Positions 54,740 through 64,000 of a DNA stretch of 64,000 nucleotides are shown here, in pieces (the stretch's first letter is position 1; every line of letters begins with the position of its first letter). This stretch comes from an uncultured Dysosmobacter sp. Its GTDB lineage: Bacteria; Bacillota; Clostridia; Oscillospirales; Oscillospiraceae. The notes below the pieces were generated by a model. That model was not told the DNA's origin and searched no databases. It saw nothing but the letters and a program-made list of their open reading frames with translations. The stretch spans positions 6,884 to 70,883 of the forward strand of contig NZ_CANRMB010000010.1 in NCBI RefSeq assembly GCF_947631635.1. Direction: 5' to 3'. A program made the translations under genes and the position numbers.

Positions 54740-56656
54740 ATGAGTCAGAATACAAAAAGAGAACATCAGTCGGAGACCCAGGGGGGCAAACGGCTGTCAA
54801 AGCCTGCGCAGTCCCGCCGCACGGTCGGCGAGACCAGGCGGCGGAGACCGGAGGCCGGACGCAGGGAGGACCGGGAACCCCGGACGCAGACGGAGGCGGA
54901 TGCCGCTGCCGAGGAGCGGACAGAGGACCGTGGAACGGCCCGCCGGCCCGCCAAGGCTGCTATTTCCGCATGGGAGGAGCCGCCCGCGGCACGCCCGGAG
55001 CGGAAACGGCCGGTGCGTAAGACGCGAAAAAGCATCCTGGAAAATCTGCTGGAGGACTGGCGGGACCCGGAGGACGACGCCGGATTTTTCAAGAGCTGCT
55101 ACTTTGGCATGAAGCGGATCACGCGGCGGGTCCGCCGCCGCTGGCGGCACATCGTCCGGGAAAAGCACGCCCACAACTTCCCGGAATCGGAGCGTCTGCC
55201 CATTCAGATCCTGCTGTTCGCCTGGTGCATGCTGCCCATGCTGGGCAGCCGCCTGCGGAAATTGCTCCTGGGGCGCCGCCGTCAGGCGGCCAAAGGACCG
55301 GGACGTGCGCGGAAGTGGAAGCGAACGATCCACCCCGCGGCGTTTCTGGGCGGCGGCTGCGTCATCGCGGCGGTGATCCTGTTCTGCTCCACCTATACCT
55401 TCGGCACGACAGTCAGCTATGACGGCGAGGTGATCGCCGCCGTGGCCAGCAAGAGCACAGCCGAGGATGTGCAGAAGGATCTGGAGCAGATCACCACCCG
55501 GACCCTGGGAGAGACCTTTACCATCGACGACTCCCTGATTCAATATTCCTCCGGCCTGCTGCGCCGGAAGGACGTGGTGGACAAGGACACGCTGGAGGAG
55601 GACCTGTCCGAGGAGATCGGTCTGGTGACGTCGGCCTACTGCCTGTATGTGGACGGCGAGCGCATCGGCGCAACGCCCTACGAGGGGGCCCTGGATGAGC
55701 TGCTGAAGCAGCTCCGCAGCGGCGCCACGGACGAAAACACCATCTCCTGCACCTTTGCCGAGGATGTGGAGATCAAGCAGGAATTTGTTCCCACAGATGA
55801 GATCATGAACCTGGGCCACCTGGCGGAGACACTGTACAGCACCAAGACCGCCGAGGTGACCTACGAGGTGAAGAAGGGCGACACCTGGTCGGAGATCGCC
55901 AACAGCCACGGTCTGACCTCCAAGGAGCTGCTGGCGCTGAACCCCGGCTACAACATCAACAAATTGCAGATCGGCGAAGTGCTGACGCTGTCCGCGTCCG
56001 TGCCCTATCTGACCATGACCGTGGTGCAGCGGGAGCGGTATGTGGAGGACGTGATGTACGACATCGAGTACACCGACTCCGCCAATATGTACCAGGGCGA
56101 TACCAAGGTCACCTCCGCCGGCCAGTACGGCGCGGCTGACGTGGTGGCCACCGTCACCTACGTCAACGGCGAGGAGACGGAGCGGACGGTGCTGTCCTCT
56201 GTCACATTGCGGGAACCTGTCACGGAGCAGCAGCTCCGGGGCACAAAGGTCCGGCCCACCTGGCTGCCCACCGGCAGCTTCCGCTGGCCGGTCTCCGGAC
56301 GCATCACCTCCCGTTTCGGCGGGCGGAAATCGCCGGGCGGCATCGGCTCCACCAATCACAAGGGCATCGACATCGCAGCGCCGAGAGGAACGCCGGTCTG
56401 CGCCGCTGACGGCGGTATCGTGACCTACGCCGGATGGATGGGCGGATATGGCTATCTGGTCCGCATCAACCACAACGGCAACGGCTACGAGACGTATTAC
56501 GGCCACAACAGCAGCCTGACGGTCTCCGTGGGCGACAGGGTCTATAAGGGCCAGCAGATCGCCCGGGTGGGCTCCACCGGCAACTCCACCGGAAACCACT
56601 GCCATTTTGAGGTGCGCTACAACGGCGTTGCCAAAAATCCGCTGAATTACCTGTAA
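54740..56656 (+). CDS. M23-family metallopeptidase with LysM and G5-like domains and a basic disordered N-terminus
   Basis: LysM: YEVKKGDTWSEIANSHGLTSKELLALNPGYN. M23: HKGIDIAAPRGTPVCAADGG...GHNS...GSTGNSTGNHCHFEV. TM segment near residue 200. Confidence 0.8.
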   Translation: MSQNTKREHQSETQGGKRLSKPAQSRRTVGETRRRRPEAGRREDREPRTQTEADAAAEERTEDRGTARRPAKAAISAWEEPPAARPERKRPVRKTRKSILENLLEDWRDPEDDAGFFKSCYFGMKRITRRVRRRWRHIVREKHAHNFPESERLPIQILLFAWCMLPMLGSRLRKLLLGRRRQAAKGPGRARKWKRTIHPAAFLGGGCVIAAVILFCSTYTFGTTVSYDGEVIAAVASKSTAEDVQKDLEQITTRTLGETFTIDDSLIQYSSGLLRRKDVVDKDTLEEDLSEEIGLVTSAYCLYVDGERIGATPYEGALDELLKQLRSGATDENTISCTFAEDVEIKQEFVPTDEIMNLGHLAETLYSTKTAEVTYEVKKGDTWSEIANSHGLTSKELLALNPGYNINKLQIGEVLTLSASVPYLTMTVVQRERYVEDVMYDIEYTDSANMYQGDTKVTSAGQYGAADVVATVTYVNGEETERTVLSSVTLREPVTEQQLRGTKVRPTWLPTGSFRWPVSGRITSRFGGRKSPGGIGSTNHKGIDIAAPRGTPVCAADGGIVTYAGWMGGYGYLVRINHNGNGYETYYGHNSSLTVSVGDRVYKGQQIARVGSTGNSTGNHCHFEVRYNGVAKNPLNYL

Positions 56657-56756
56657 AGAGGCCAACAGAAGGCGCCCGCACGCGGGGCGCCTTCTGTCAT
56701 CGTAGGAGGGCTGAACAGGAGCTTTTTAAAAAAATGCGGATGATTTGAAATTTTTC

Positions 56757-56786
56757 TTACATTTTTAGTCTCAAATGTGGTATACT
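56757..56786 (+). promoter_or_regulatory. Extended -10 promoter of the CarD-like gene
   Basis: TTACAT, 18 nt, TGgTATACT. Confidence 0.5.
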
Positions 56787-56795
56787 AAATACGCA

Positions 56796-56847
56796 GCGTG
56801 TGGTCCCGGCAGACGTAAGTCCAGTTGCCGGGACCACACGCGTTTTG
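56796..56847 (+). promoter_or_regulatory. Perfect 16-bp leader hairpin followed by GTTTTG (attenuator-like or 5' stabiliser)
   Basis: GCGTGTGGTCCCGGCA-14 nt-TGCCGGGACCACACGC, then GTTTTGT, between the predicted transcription start and the RBS of the CarD-like gene. Confidence 0.5.
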
Positions 56848-56864
56848 TATAAGGAGGGATTTTC

Positions 56865-57395
56865 ATGCTTCAGCCAGGAGATATGGTCGTATATGGAACC
56901 ACCGGTGTCTGCCGGGTAGAGGAGGTCACCCGTCCCAATATGCGCGGCGTGGACCGGAACAGGCTGTACTACCTACTCAAACCGCTTTTTCAGGACGGTG
57001 TGATCTATAGCCCCGTGGAAAATGGAAAGGTGTCCATCCGTCCGGTGCTCTCCGCGGAGGAGGCAGAGGCACTGATCGACCTGATCCCGAGTATGCGGGC
57101 GGAGGCCTGCCATGCGCCGACACTGCAGGCCCTGGCTCAGCACTATCAGACCTCGGTGCGCAGCCATGACTGCAGGGATCTGATGGAATTGATGATGTCT
57201 ATCTATACCAAGCGCCGCCAGGCGGAGGCGCAGAAGAGGCGGCTGGGCATGGTGGACGAGAAGTATATGAAACAGGCGGAGCGCCTGCTTCACGGGGAAT
57301 TTTCCGTGGCCCTGGGTATTCCCTTTGACAAGGTGCCGTCCTACATTGCCGGCCGGGTGGCGGGGGAACCTCCCGCCAAAGCGTCCGGCATGTAA
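56865..57395 (+). CDS. CarD/CdnL-family RNA-polymerase-binding regulator
   Basis: The N-terminus MLQPGDMVVYGTTGVCRVEEV is the Tudor-like CarD_TRCF motif; helical C-terminal half. Confidence 0.8.
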   Translation: MLQPGDMVVYGTTGVCRVEEVTRPNMRGVDRNRLYYLLKPLFQDGVIYSPVENGKVSIRPVLSAEEAEALIDLIPSMRAEACHAPTLQALAQHYQTSVRSHDCRDLMELMMSIYTKRRQAEAQKRRLGMVDEKYMKQAERLLHGEFSVALGIPFDKVPSYIAGRVAGEPPAKASGM

Positions 57396-57452
57396 GTGAG
57401 GAGAGGCAGGGCATTCCCCGGTACTCCCTGGTTTCATATACCGTGATCCCAT

Positions 57453-57501
57453 GAAAAACAGCGCGGCTGCGGACAATCAAGTCTGCAGCCGCGCTGTTTC
57501 A
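57453..57501. terminator. Bidirectional terminator hairpin
   Basis: 14-bp stem AACAGCGCGGCTGC/GCAGCCGCGCTGTT flanked by A- and T-rich runs, between convergent genes. Confidence 0.65.
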
Positions 57502-59151
57502 CAGTTGAAGATACCGTCCGCCATTGTGCCGGTAGAGGCGGTGGGAGATGGAGATCACCGTGCGGTCCCGGGCGGCCTTTTGCAGCGCGGCCAAGACTGC
57601 CTGCTCCGTGTCCGCGTCCAGATTGGCGGTGATCTCGTCCAGCAGGAGGATGGCCGGGTCCGCGGCAACGGCCCTGGCAATAGCCAGAAGCTGCCGCTCC
57701 CCCTGGGAGAACAGCGCCTCTGTCCAGGGGGTGCCGTAGCCCAGCTCTAGGCGGGAGATGGTCTCGTGCAGCCCTGCCAGCTTGGCGGCGGCTACCACCT
57801 GTTCCTGCGGGATGGACGCATCCCAGAGGGCGATCTGGTCTGCCACCGTGCCGGGAACTGGGCGGAAGGTCTGCTCCACATAGCCGAAGAGCCTGCGCCT
57901 GACGGCGCTGGGGATCTTGTCCGCATCGGCGCCAAAGATGCGGACGCTGCCGCTGTCCGGCGCATACAGTCCCAGCAGCAGCTTGAACACCGTGCTCTTT
58001 CCCGCGCCGGTCCGGCCGGTAAGGGTGACGGTCTCCCCAGGGGCGACTGTAAAGCCGCAGCCGCGCAGGACCTGCTGGCTGCCGTCGTAGTGAAAGGACA
58101 CGTCCTTCAGCTGAACAGCGGGTTTGCCGCTGGACAGGAGGGACTCCAGGGTGATGGAAGGGTCGCCCTCCGGCTGCTCCGGCTCCGCCAGGAATTCCTG
58201 GATGCGGCGGATACCGGCCACGGCGGACTGGATGTTTTGGATCTCCATGCCGATGCTCTCCAGCGGCTCAAACACCTTGCCCACATAGGCGATGACCGCC
58301 ACGGCGGTGCCCACGGACATGCCGAACAGGGCCTGCGCCGGGCCGCCCAGGGAGGAGGCGGTCATCATGACGGCCACCACCACGGCGCTGATGGTCAGGA
58401 TGATGGGGGAGTAGACGGCATCGTAGAAATTGGAGCGCTCCATGGCACGGTAGCTCTCCTGAATGGCCTCGTCATACCGCTCCTCCATATACCGCTCTTT
58501 GCGGAGGGTGTGGATCATGCGGATGTTTCGGATGGTCTCGGGAACATGCTGGCTGACACGGCTCACAGCCGCCCGGTTGTCCAGCTGCGCTTGCAGCATC
58601 CGCTTCTGGAAGAGGCGGGTCATGGCAAACAGCGGCGGCGTCACCAGCACCAGCAGGCATCCAAGCCCGGGGCTTTTGACAAAGATCACCGCCAGAATGC
58701 CGGCGATCTTGCACACGTCCACCACCATGCTGATAACGCCGGAGGCGAACAGCGTCTCCACGGTGTCCACATCCCCCACGAACCGGGAGACGGTGGCCCC
58801 GGGGGCCTGGGCGGTGAAATAGGCGGCGGGGAGACGGGACAGCTTGGCACACATGGTATGGCGGAGGCCGCGGGTGATCTTTTGACCGAATACGGTGATC
58901 AAAAACGCCTGGGCCGCGTCAAACAGGCCGGAGACCGCCAACGCCCCGAAATACAGCAGGGCCAGCCGGAGGGACACCGTTCCGCCGCCGGTCAGGGCAT
59001 TGACGGCAGCCTCCAGCACCAGCGGCGGGAGCAGCGCGAAGGCCACGGAGCCTGCCGCGGCCAGCAGCAGCCCCAGAACCAGCAGCCTGTTCCGAAGCAG
59101 GACAGAGCGGAGGACGGTCCAGAGAGAGGGCTTATGCGTCATAGCGGGCAC
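57499..59151 (-). CDS. ABC exporter, fused permease/ATPase (ABCB type), subunit 2
   Basis: Six-TM N-terminal domain, Walker A GRTGAGKST, signature FSQGERQ, Walker B ILLLDE. Confidence 0.85.
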   Translation of the reverse strand: MPAMTHKPSLWTVLRSVLLRNRLLVLGLLLAAAGSVAFALLPPLVLEAAVNALTGGGTVSLRLALLYFGALAVSGLFDAAQAFLITVFGQKITRGLRHTMCAKLSRLPAAYFTAQAPGATVSRFVGDVDTVETLFASGVISMVVDVCKIAGILAVIFVKSPGLGCLLVLVTPPLFAMTRLFQKRMLQAQLDNRAAVSRVSQHVPETIRNIRMIHTLRKERYMEERYDEAIQESYRAMERSNFYDAVYSPIILTISAVVVAVMMTASSLGGPAQALFGMSVGTAVAVIAYVGKVFEPLESIGMEIQNIQSAVAGIRRIQEFLAEPEQPEGDPSITLESLLSSGKPAVQLKDVSFHYDGSQQVLRGCGFTVAPGETVTLTGRTGAGKSTVFKLLLGLYAPDSGSVRIFGADADKIPSAVRRRLFGYVEQTFRPVPGTVADQIALWDASIPQEQVVAAAKLAGLHETISRLELGYGTPWTEALFSQGERQLLAIARAVAADPAILLLDEITANLDADTEQAVLAALQKAARDRTVISISHRLYRHNGGRYLQL

Positions 59152-60880
59152 CTCCTTCCGCCTGGGCCTGATACAGCCTGGCGTATTCCGGACAGGACGC
59201 CATCAGCGCGGCGTGGGTGCCGGATGTGACCTGCCCGTGCTCCATCCAGAGTACCTGGTCAAAGGTGGGAAAGCGGGTCAGGCGATGGGAGATGAGGAGC
59301 ACGACGCTCTCCCCGGCCAGCTGCCGCAGATGGGTCAGGATCTCCCGCTCGGTCCCCTGGTCCACGGCGGAGAAGGGATCGTCCAGGATCAGGAGCGGCC
59401 GCCTGTGGCAGAGCGTCCGGGCCAGCGCCAGGCGGGACTGCTGTCCGCCGGAAAGCCCTGTGCCGCCGTCTCCCACCAGCGTCTGGTCCCCGGCGGGCAT
59501 GGCGGATACCTCATGATCCAGGCAGACAGCCTCCAGCCAGGGGGCCGCATCTCCATCGGCGCCCAGCAGGATGTTTTCCGCGATGCTGGCCCGAAGAAGC
59601 TCGGGCTGGTGGCCCAGATAGCCCACGACCGCACTGTGCTCCGCCGGGGACAGGGCGGACAGCTCCCGCCCGCCAAAGCGGATGCTGCCGCCGTAAGGCG
59701 TCTCGCACAAAAACGCCTTGCCCAGGGTGGATTTTCCGCAGGCCACAGGTCCGGTCACTCCGATGATCTGACCGGGCCGGGCGGAGAAGGAAACGCCTGA
59801 GAACACCTGGCGCCCGCCGGGATAGGAGAAGGACAGGCCGGAGACCGCCAACTCCGCAGAGGGCGCAGGCGGAAGCGCGGGCACGGTCTGGAGGGGTTGG
59901 AGCAGGGGCTTGACGCGCTTCCAGGACACCTGGGCCTTCTGCACGGAATTGAACAGCTTGGCGGCCTTGGAGGTCTTGACGGCCAGCTTGGCATAGCAGG
60001 TGAGAAAGGCGGTGAACGCCGCGATGTCCCAAGACATCCAGCCGGCGCCATGGACATTCCGCGCACCCAGCCACAGGATGGGCACCGTGCCCAGCATGGA
60101 GATGATCCGGTACAAGGGCGGCATGGTGTTTTCCCACAGGTTGGCGGCCACCGCCTGCTTTTCGTAATCAGCCAGCCGGACTTCGTAGTCGGCATTCCGG
60201 GTTTCCTCCAGGCCAAACACCCGGTAGGTTATGGCACCGGACACCCGGTCCAGTGTGGCGCCGCTCAGCTTTCCGGCACTCTCCTTATAGGCCGCCGCGC
60301 AGCGGGCCACCGGCTTTTTCATGTGCTCCGCCAGGAAAAGCGCCGCAGGAGGGAAGAGGCTGACCAGCAGGGCCAGACGCCAGTCGTAAAACAGCAGGAG
60401 GGCCAGATATGCCGCCATAGCCACCCCGGTGTCAAACACCTCTGTGGTGAATTTGCGCATTCCTTCCGCGCAGGCATCCACGTCGGCGATGGCACGGGTC
60501 ATCATGCCGCCTACGCTCTCCCGTTCCAGCTCCGGCTTGGGCGTGTGCACCAGGCTGTTGTACAGGACGCGCTTCATGCGGCGGTTCACATCGTTGGCAA
60601 AGCGCCGCACATAAAAGCGCTTCAGATACCGCATCCCCTGCACGAACAGCGTCACAGCCCCATAGAGGGCCGCCGCGGCCAGCATGGCGGGCCACTGGGC
60701 AAGGCCCTGCAGGATCTCCAGCAGGCATTGGACCAGCTGGCCCTCCAGCAGGGGCCCTGCCGCAAGGCCCACATTGTAGAGGATCCCGGTCGCGGTGACG
60801 ATCAGCAGAGGCTTTTTTTCCTGCGCAAAGTAGGAGAGGATGCGGTCCGGCCGCCGAAGGCCGGAGGTGTTTTGACTCAT
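59132..60880 (-). CDS. ABC exporter, fused permease/ATPase (ABCB type), subunit 1
   Basis: Walker A GPVACGKST, signature LSGGQQSR, Walker B LLILDD. The start at MSQNTSG overlaps the marR stop (ATGA). Confidence 0.85.
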   Translation of the reverse strand: MSQNTSGLRRPDRILSYFAQEKKPLLIVTATGILYNVGLAAGPLLEGQLVQCLLEILQGLAQWPAMLAAAALYGAVTLFVQGMRYLKRFYVRRFANDVNRRMKRVLYNSLVHTPKPELERESVGGMMTRAIADVDACAEGMRKFTTEVFDTGVAMAAYLALLLFYDWRLALLVSLFPPAALFLAEHMKKPVARCAAAYKESAGKLSGATLDRVSGAITYRVFGLEETRNADYEVRLADYEKQAVAANLWENTMPPLYRIISMLGTVPILWLGARNVHGAGWMSWDIAAFTAFLTCYAKLAVKTSKAAKLFNSVQKAQVSWKRVKPLLQPLQTVPALPPAPSAELAVSGLSFSYPGGRQVFSGVSFSARPGQIIGVTGPVACGKSTLGKAFLCETPYGGSIRFGGRELSALSPAEHSAVVGYLGHQPELLRASIAENILLGADGDAAPWLEAVCLDHEVSAMPAGDQTLVGDGGTGLSGGQQSRLALARTLCHRRPLLILDDPFSAVDQGTEREILTHLRQLAGESVVLLISHRLTRFPTFDQVLWMEHGQVTSGTHAALMASCPEYARLYQAQAEGGARYDA

Positions 60881-61347
60881 ACCGATTCCTCCTCGCCCAA
60901 ACGGGCGGTCACATGGGGAAAGCCGCTTCGGCTCTCGGTTTTGGAGCGGACGTAAAGCGTGTGCAGAAGACTTGTGAAGGTCTCCTGCTCGGCGGGAGAC
61001 AGACCCTCCAGCAGCCACGCATAAAACGCGGTCTCCACCGTGACCTTGGAACGCTTCAGCGACTCCGCTTTTTCTGTGGCGTACAGCATCTGCCCCCGGC
61101 TGTCGGCGGGATTCTGATGCCGGACCAGATAGCCCTTGCCCTCCAGACTTGCCACCCGGCGGGCCACGGCGCCCTTGTCCATGTTCAAAAGCGCGCAGAC
61201 CTCTTTTTGCGAGATGCCGGGATGGTGGCGGACGGCGTGGATCAGGTCAAATTCTCCGGTGCCGATCCCCGTCTCCTTCATCATGCGGATGGTCAGCTTG
61301 GCGGCCTCCCGGGCGATCTTGGTGATCTGACGTTTAGAAGCATCCAT
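60877..61347 (-). CDS. MarR-family transcriptional regulator
   Basis: wHTH ISQKEVCALLNMDKGAVARRVASLEGKGYLVR. First gene of the marR-ABC-ABC operon. Confidence 0.8.
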   Translation of the reverse strand: MDASKRQITKIAREAAKLTIRMMKETGIGTGEFDLIHAVRHHPGISQKEVCALLNMDKGAVARRVASLEGKGYLVRHQNPADSRGQMLYATEKAESLKRSKVTVETAFYAWLLEGLSPAEQETFTSLLHTLYVRSKTESRSGFPHVTARLGEEESV

Positions 61348-61496
61348 AAAAAGCACCCCGCTTAAATAGTTGTAGCATCAACTAAATCATAAGGCCGGAA
61401 GCTGAAAAAGTCAAGATTTCTGACTTCCCAAAGGGCACGTCATGGGATAAAATGGTCTTATCACAGGGAGACGCAGGTCTGAAAGGAGCGTATCGA

Positions 61497-62360
61497 ATGA
61501 ACAAGATCGGTTTTATCGGCGTGGGCCTGATGGGAAAATCCATGGTCCGCAATTTGATGAAAGCGGGATTTACTGTGCAGATCTATGCCCGCCGCCCGGA
61601 GAAGGTGCGGGACGTGGTGCGCGAGGGCGCGGAGCTTCGGGAGAGCATCGCCGCCTGCACGGCGGGCTGCCAGGCGGTCATTACCATCGTGGGCTTCCCG
61701 AAGGACGTGGAGGAGGTCTATTTTCAGCCGGGCAACATTTTGGACAGCGCGGAGCCGGGGGCCTACCTGATCGACATGACCACCACCAGCCCCACGCTGG
61801 CGGAAAAGCTCTACGCGGAGGGAACGGCCAGAGGGTTCCATGTGCTGGATGCCCCTGTCACCGGCGGCGATATTGGCGCGAAAAATGGAACGCTCTCCAT
61901 TCTGGTGGGCGGTGAACAGGCGGACTATGAGACGTGCCTGCCCCTGTTCCAGGCCATGGGCACCAACCTGAACTATCAGGGCAAGGCGGGCTGCGGCCAG
62001 CACGCGAAGATGGCGAATCAGATCATGATCGCGGGGACGCTCTCCGGCGTGTGCGAGGCGCTGACCTATGCCAAGGCCAAGGGCCTGGACCTGGAAACGG
62101 TCCTGCGCTCCGTGTCCACCGGCGCGGCGGGCAGCGCCCAGCTGGACGCCTTTGGCCCCAAGATTTTGGCCGGGGACTATACGCCCGGGTTCTTCCTGAA
62201 GCACTTCATCAAGGACATGAAGCTGGCGGAGGCTGAGGCGGAGAACAGCGGCCTGCATCTGGACATTTTGAGCAGGGTCCTGGAAAATTACCAGGCGCTG
62301 GAGGCTGCTGGCTTCGGCGATCTGGGGACCCATGCGCTGATGAAACATTATGAGCGGTGA
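61497..62360 (+). CDS. NAD(P)-dependent 3-hydroxyisobutyrate dehydrogenase-family oxidoreductase
   Basis: MNKIGFIGVGLMGKSM Rossmann motif, DAPVTGG, and the KDMKLA pattern of the HIBADH/GarR family. Confidence 0.8.
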   Translation: MNKIGFIGVGLMGKSMVRNLMKAGFTVQIYARRPEKVRDVVREGAELRESIAACTAGCQAVITIVGFPKDVEEVYFQPGNILDSAEPGAYLIDMTTTSPTLAEKLYAEGTARGFHVLDAPVTGGDIGAKNGTLSILVGGEQADYETCLPLFQAMGTNLNYQGKAGCGQHAKMANQIMIAGTLSGVCEALTYAKAKGLDLETVLRSVSTGAAGSAQLDAFGPKILAGDYTPGFFLKHFIKDMKLAEAEAENSGLHLDILSRVLENYQALEAAGFGDLGTHALMKHYER

Positions 62361-62488
62361 GACCGTTGGTTAAACACTTGCTTACAAAAACAAACGTCCG
62401 CCGCTGGCGAACTACACAAGAATCGTGCAGGACTGTTGTGAAATTAAATCAGAAATCAACGAAAAGGAAATAAATTTCAAAAACCACC

Positions 62489-62518
62489 TTGACTTTTTGA
62501 AAAATCCTGTGCTAGGAT
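62489..62518 (+). promoter_or_regulatory. Promoter of the ilvC leader
   Basis: TTGACT, 18 nt, TAGGAT (preceded by TGC). Confidence 0.5.
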
Positions 62519-62524
62519 AACACC

Positions 62525-62803
62525 ACAAAATACGAAGAAGGGAACAAGTAACCTGATTCGCTCCGCTTTCAGAGAATTGCCGGTTGGTGCGAGGCAATAA
62601 GTGCCGGGTCAAGTGAAATCATCCTGGAGTAGCCTGCTGAAGGAAGATCCATTAGGCAGTGCCGGGCCGCACCCGTTATCGTGCAGGGCTTGTTGGAGCC
62701 TGCTGAGATGACGGCATACCGGATATGCCGTTAACAAGAGTGGTACCGCGAAGGATGAAAGCCTTTGCCTCTTGAATTGCAAGAGGCAAAGGCTTTTTTG
62801 TTG
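62525..62803 (+). promoter_or_regulatory. T-box riboswitch leader, probable Ile (AUC) specifier
   Basis: Stem I AGAGA bulge (62571-75). Distal hairpin ATTGCC-GGTTGGTGCGA-GGCAAT carrying GGUGNRA. AGUA and GAA-AUC-A in the specifier region (AUC at 62618-20). T-box motif AGAGTGGTACCGCG (62737-50). Terminator AAAGCCTTTGCCTCTTG-AATT-CAAGAGGCAAAGGCTTTTTT. Confidence 0.85.
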
Positions 62804-62871
62804 TCTGCATCCTGCCCGCGGAGCGGGCCGCATCCTCTGCCAACAAAACAAACAAAAAGGAGATCACGAAC

Positions 62872-63892
<1,021 letters not shown>

Positions 63893-64000
63893 GCCAAAGC
63901 GCTCAAAAAAACGCGGCGCAGGCCGGGACCATCCGTGGCCTCCGGCCTGCCCGCAGATGGATAGAAATCTCATTTTACAGCGCGAAGCGCGTATGAAAAG

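Noticed and set aside
56665-56697. 13-bp perfect hairpin after the M23 peptidase gene, considered as an intrinsic terminator
   Set aside because: There is no U-tract after the stem (CATCGTAGG), so it was not listed as a terminator. It may still act as an RNA-stability element.

Overview
High-G+C Firmicutes-type chromosome segment. AGGAGG-type ribosome binding sites, SLH-anchored surface proteins, PFOR, MurT/GatD and ECF sigma modules suggest a Clostridia/Oscillospiraceae-like organism (inference). It is mostly core metabolism and housekeeping. On the + strand: an ABC transporter tail, a ZIP metal transporter, a large acidic SLH S-layer protein, an iron-sulfur flavoprotein, a sigmaV/RsiV-like module, PFOR (nifJ), membrane pyrophosphatase (hppA), a NifU-like/GGGtGRT gene pair, mmuM, an M23/LysM peptidase, a CarD-like regulator and ilvC. 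On the - strand: riboswitch-controlled guanine deaminase, cinA, thiI, comM/yifB, an SLH-tagged S41 peptidase, a TetR-controlled RND/MFP/TolC-like efflux operon, murT-gatD, mnmG, an AGCS symporter with a PLP enzyme under a MerR regulator, pta, and a MarR-linked ABC exporter pair. No rRNA, tRNA or CRISPR array was seen. Two riboswitch-class leaders are readable directly: a guanine riboswitch and a T-box. I cannot point to one proven novel system. The best candidates for a second look are: (1) a 6.4-kb segment bounded by 50-nt direct repeats copied from the 3' end of the GGGtGRT gene, which looks like an island or rearrangement scar and also holds an alanine racemase relic. (2) A GatD homologue lacking both canonical catalytic residues, whose 3' end is supplied by a MITE-like inverted-repeat element. 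(3) A tandem, apparently catalytically degenerate tyrosine-recombinase-like protein with two winged-helix domains, interrupted by one in-frame TGA, directly upstream of the S-layer gene. (4) The uncharacterised NifU-like/GGGtGRT pair behind a perfect consensus promoter. (5) A 26-codon ORF with its own promoter and terminator. (6) A frameshift in a C8 run inside ilvC. All coordinates, repeats and hairpins were read by hand from the sequence. Family assignments rest on recognised motifs, not on database searches.
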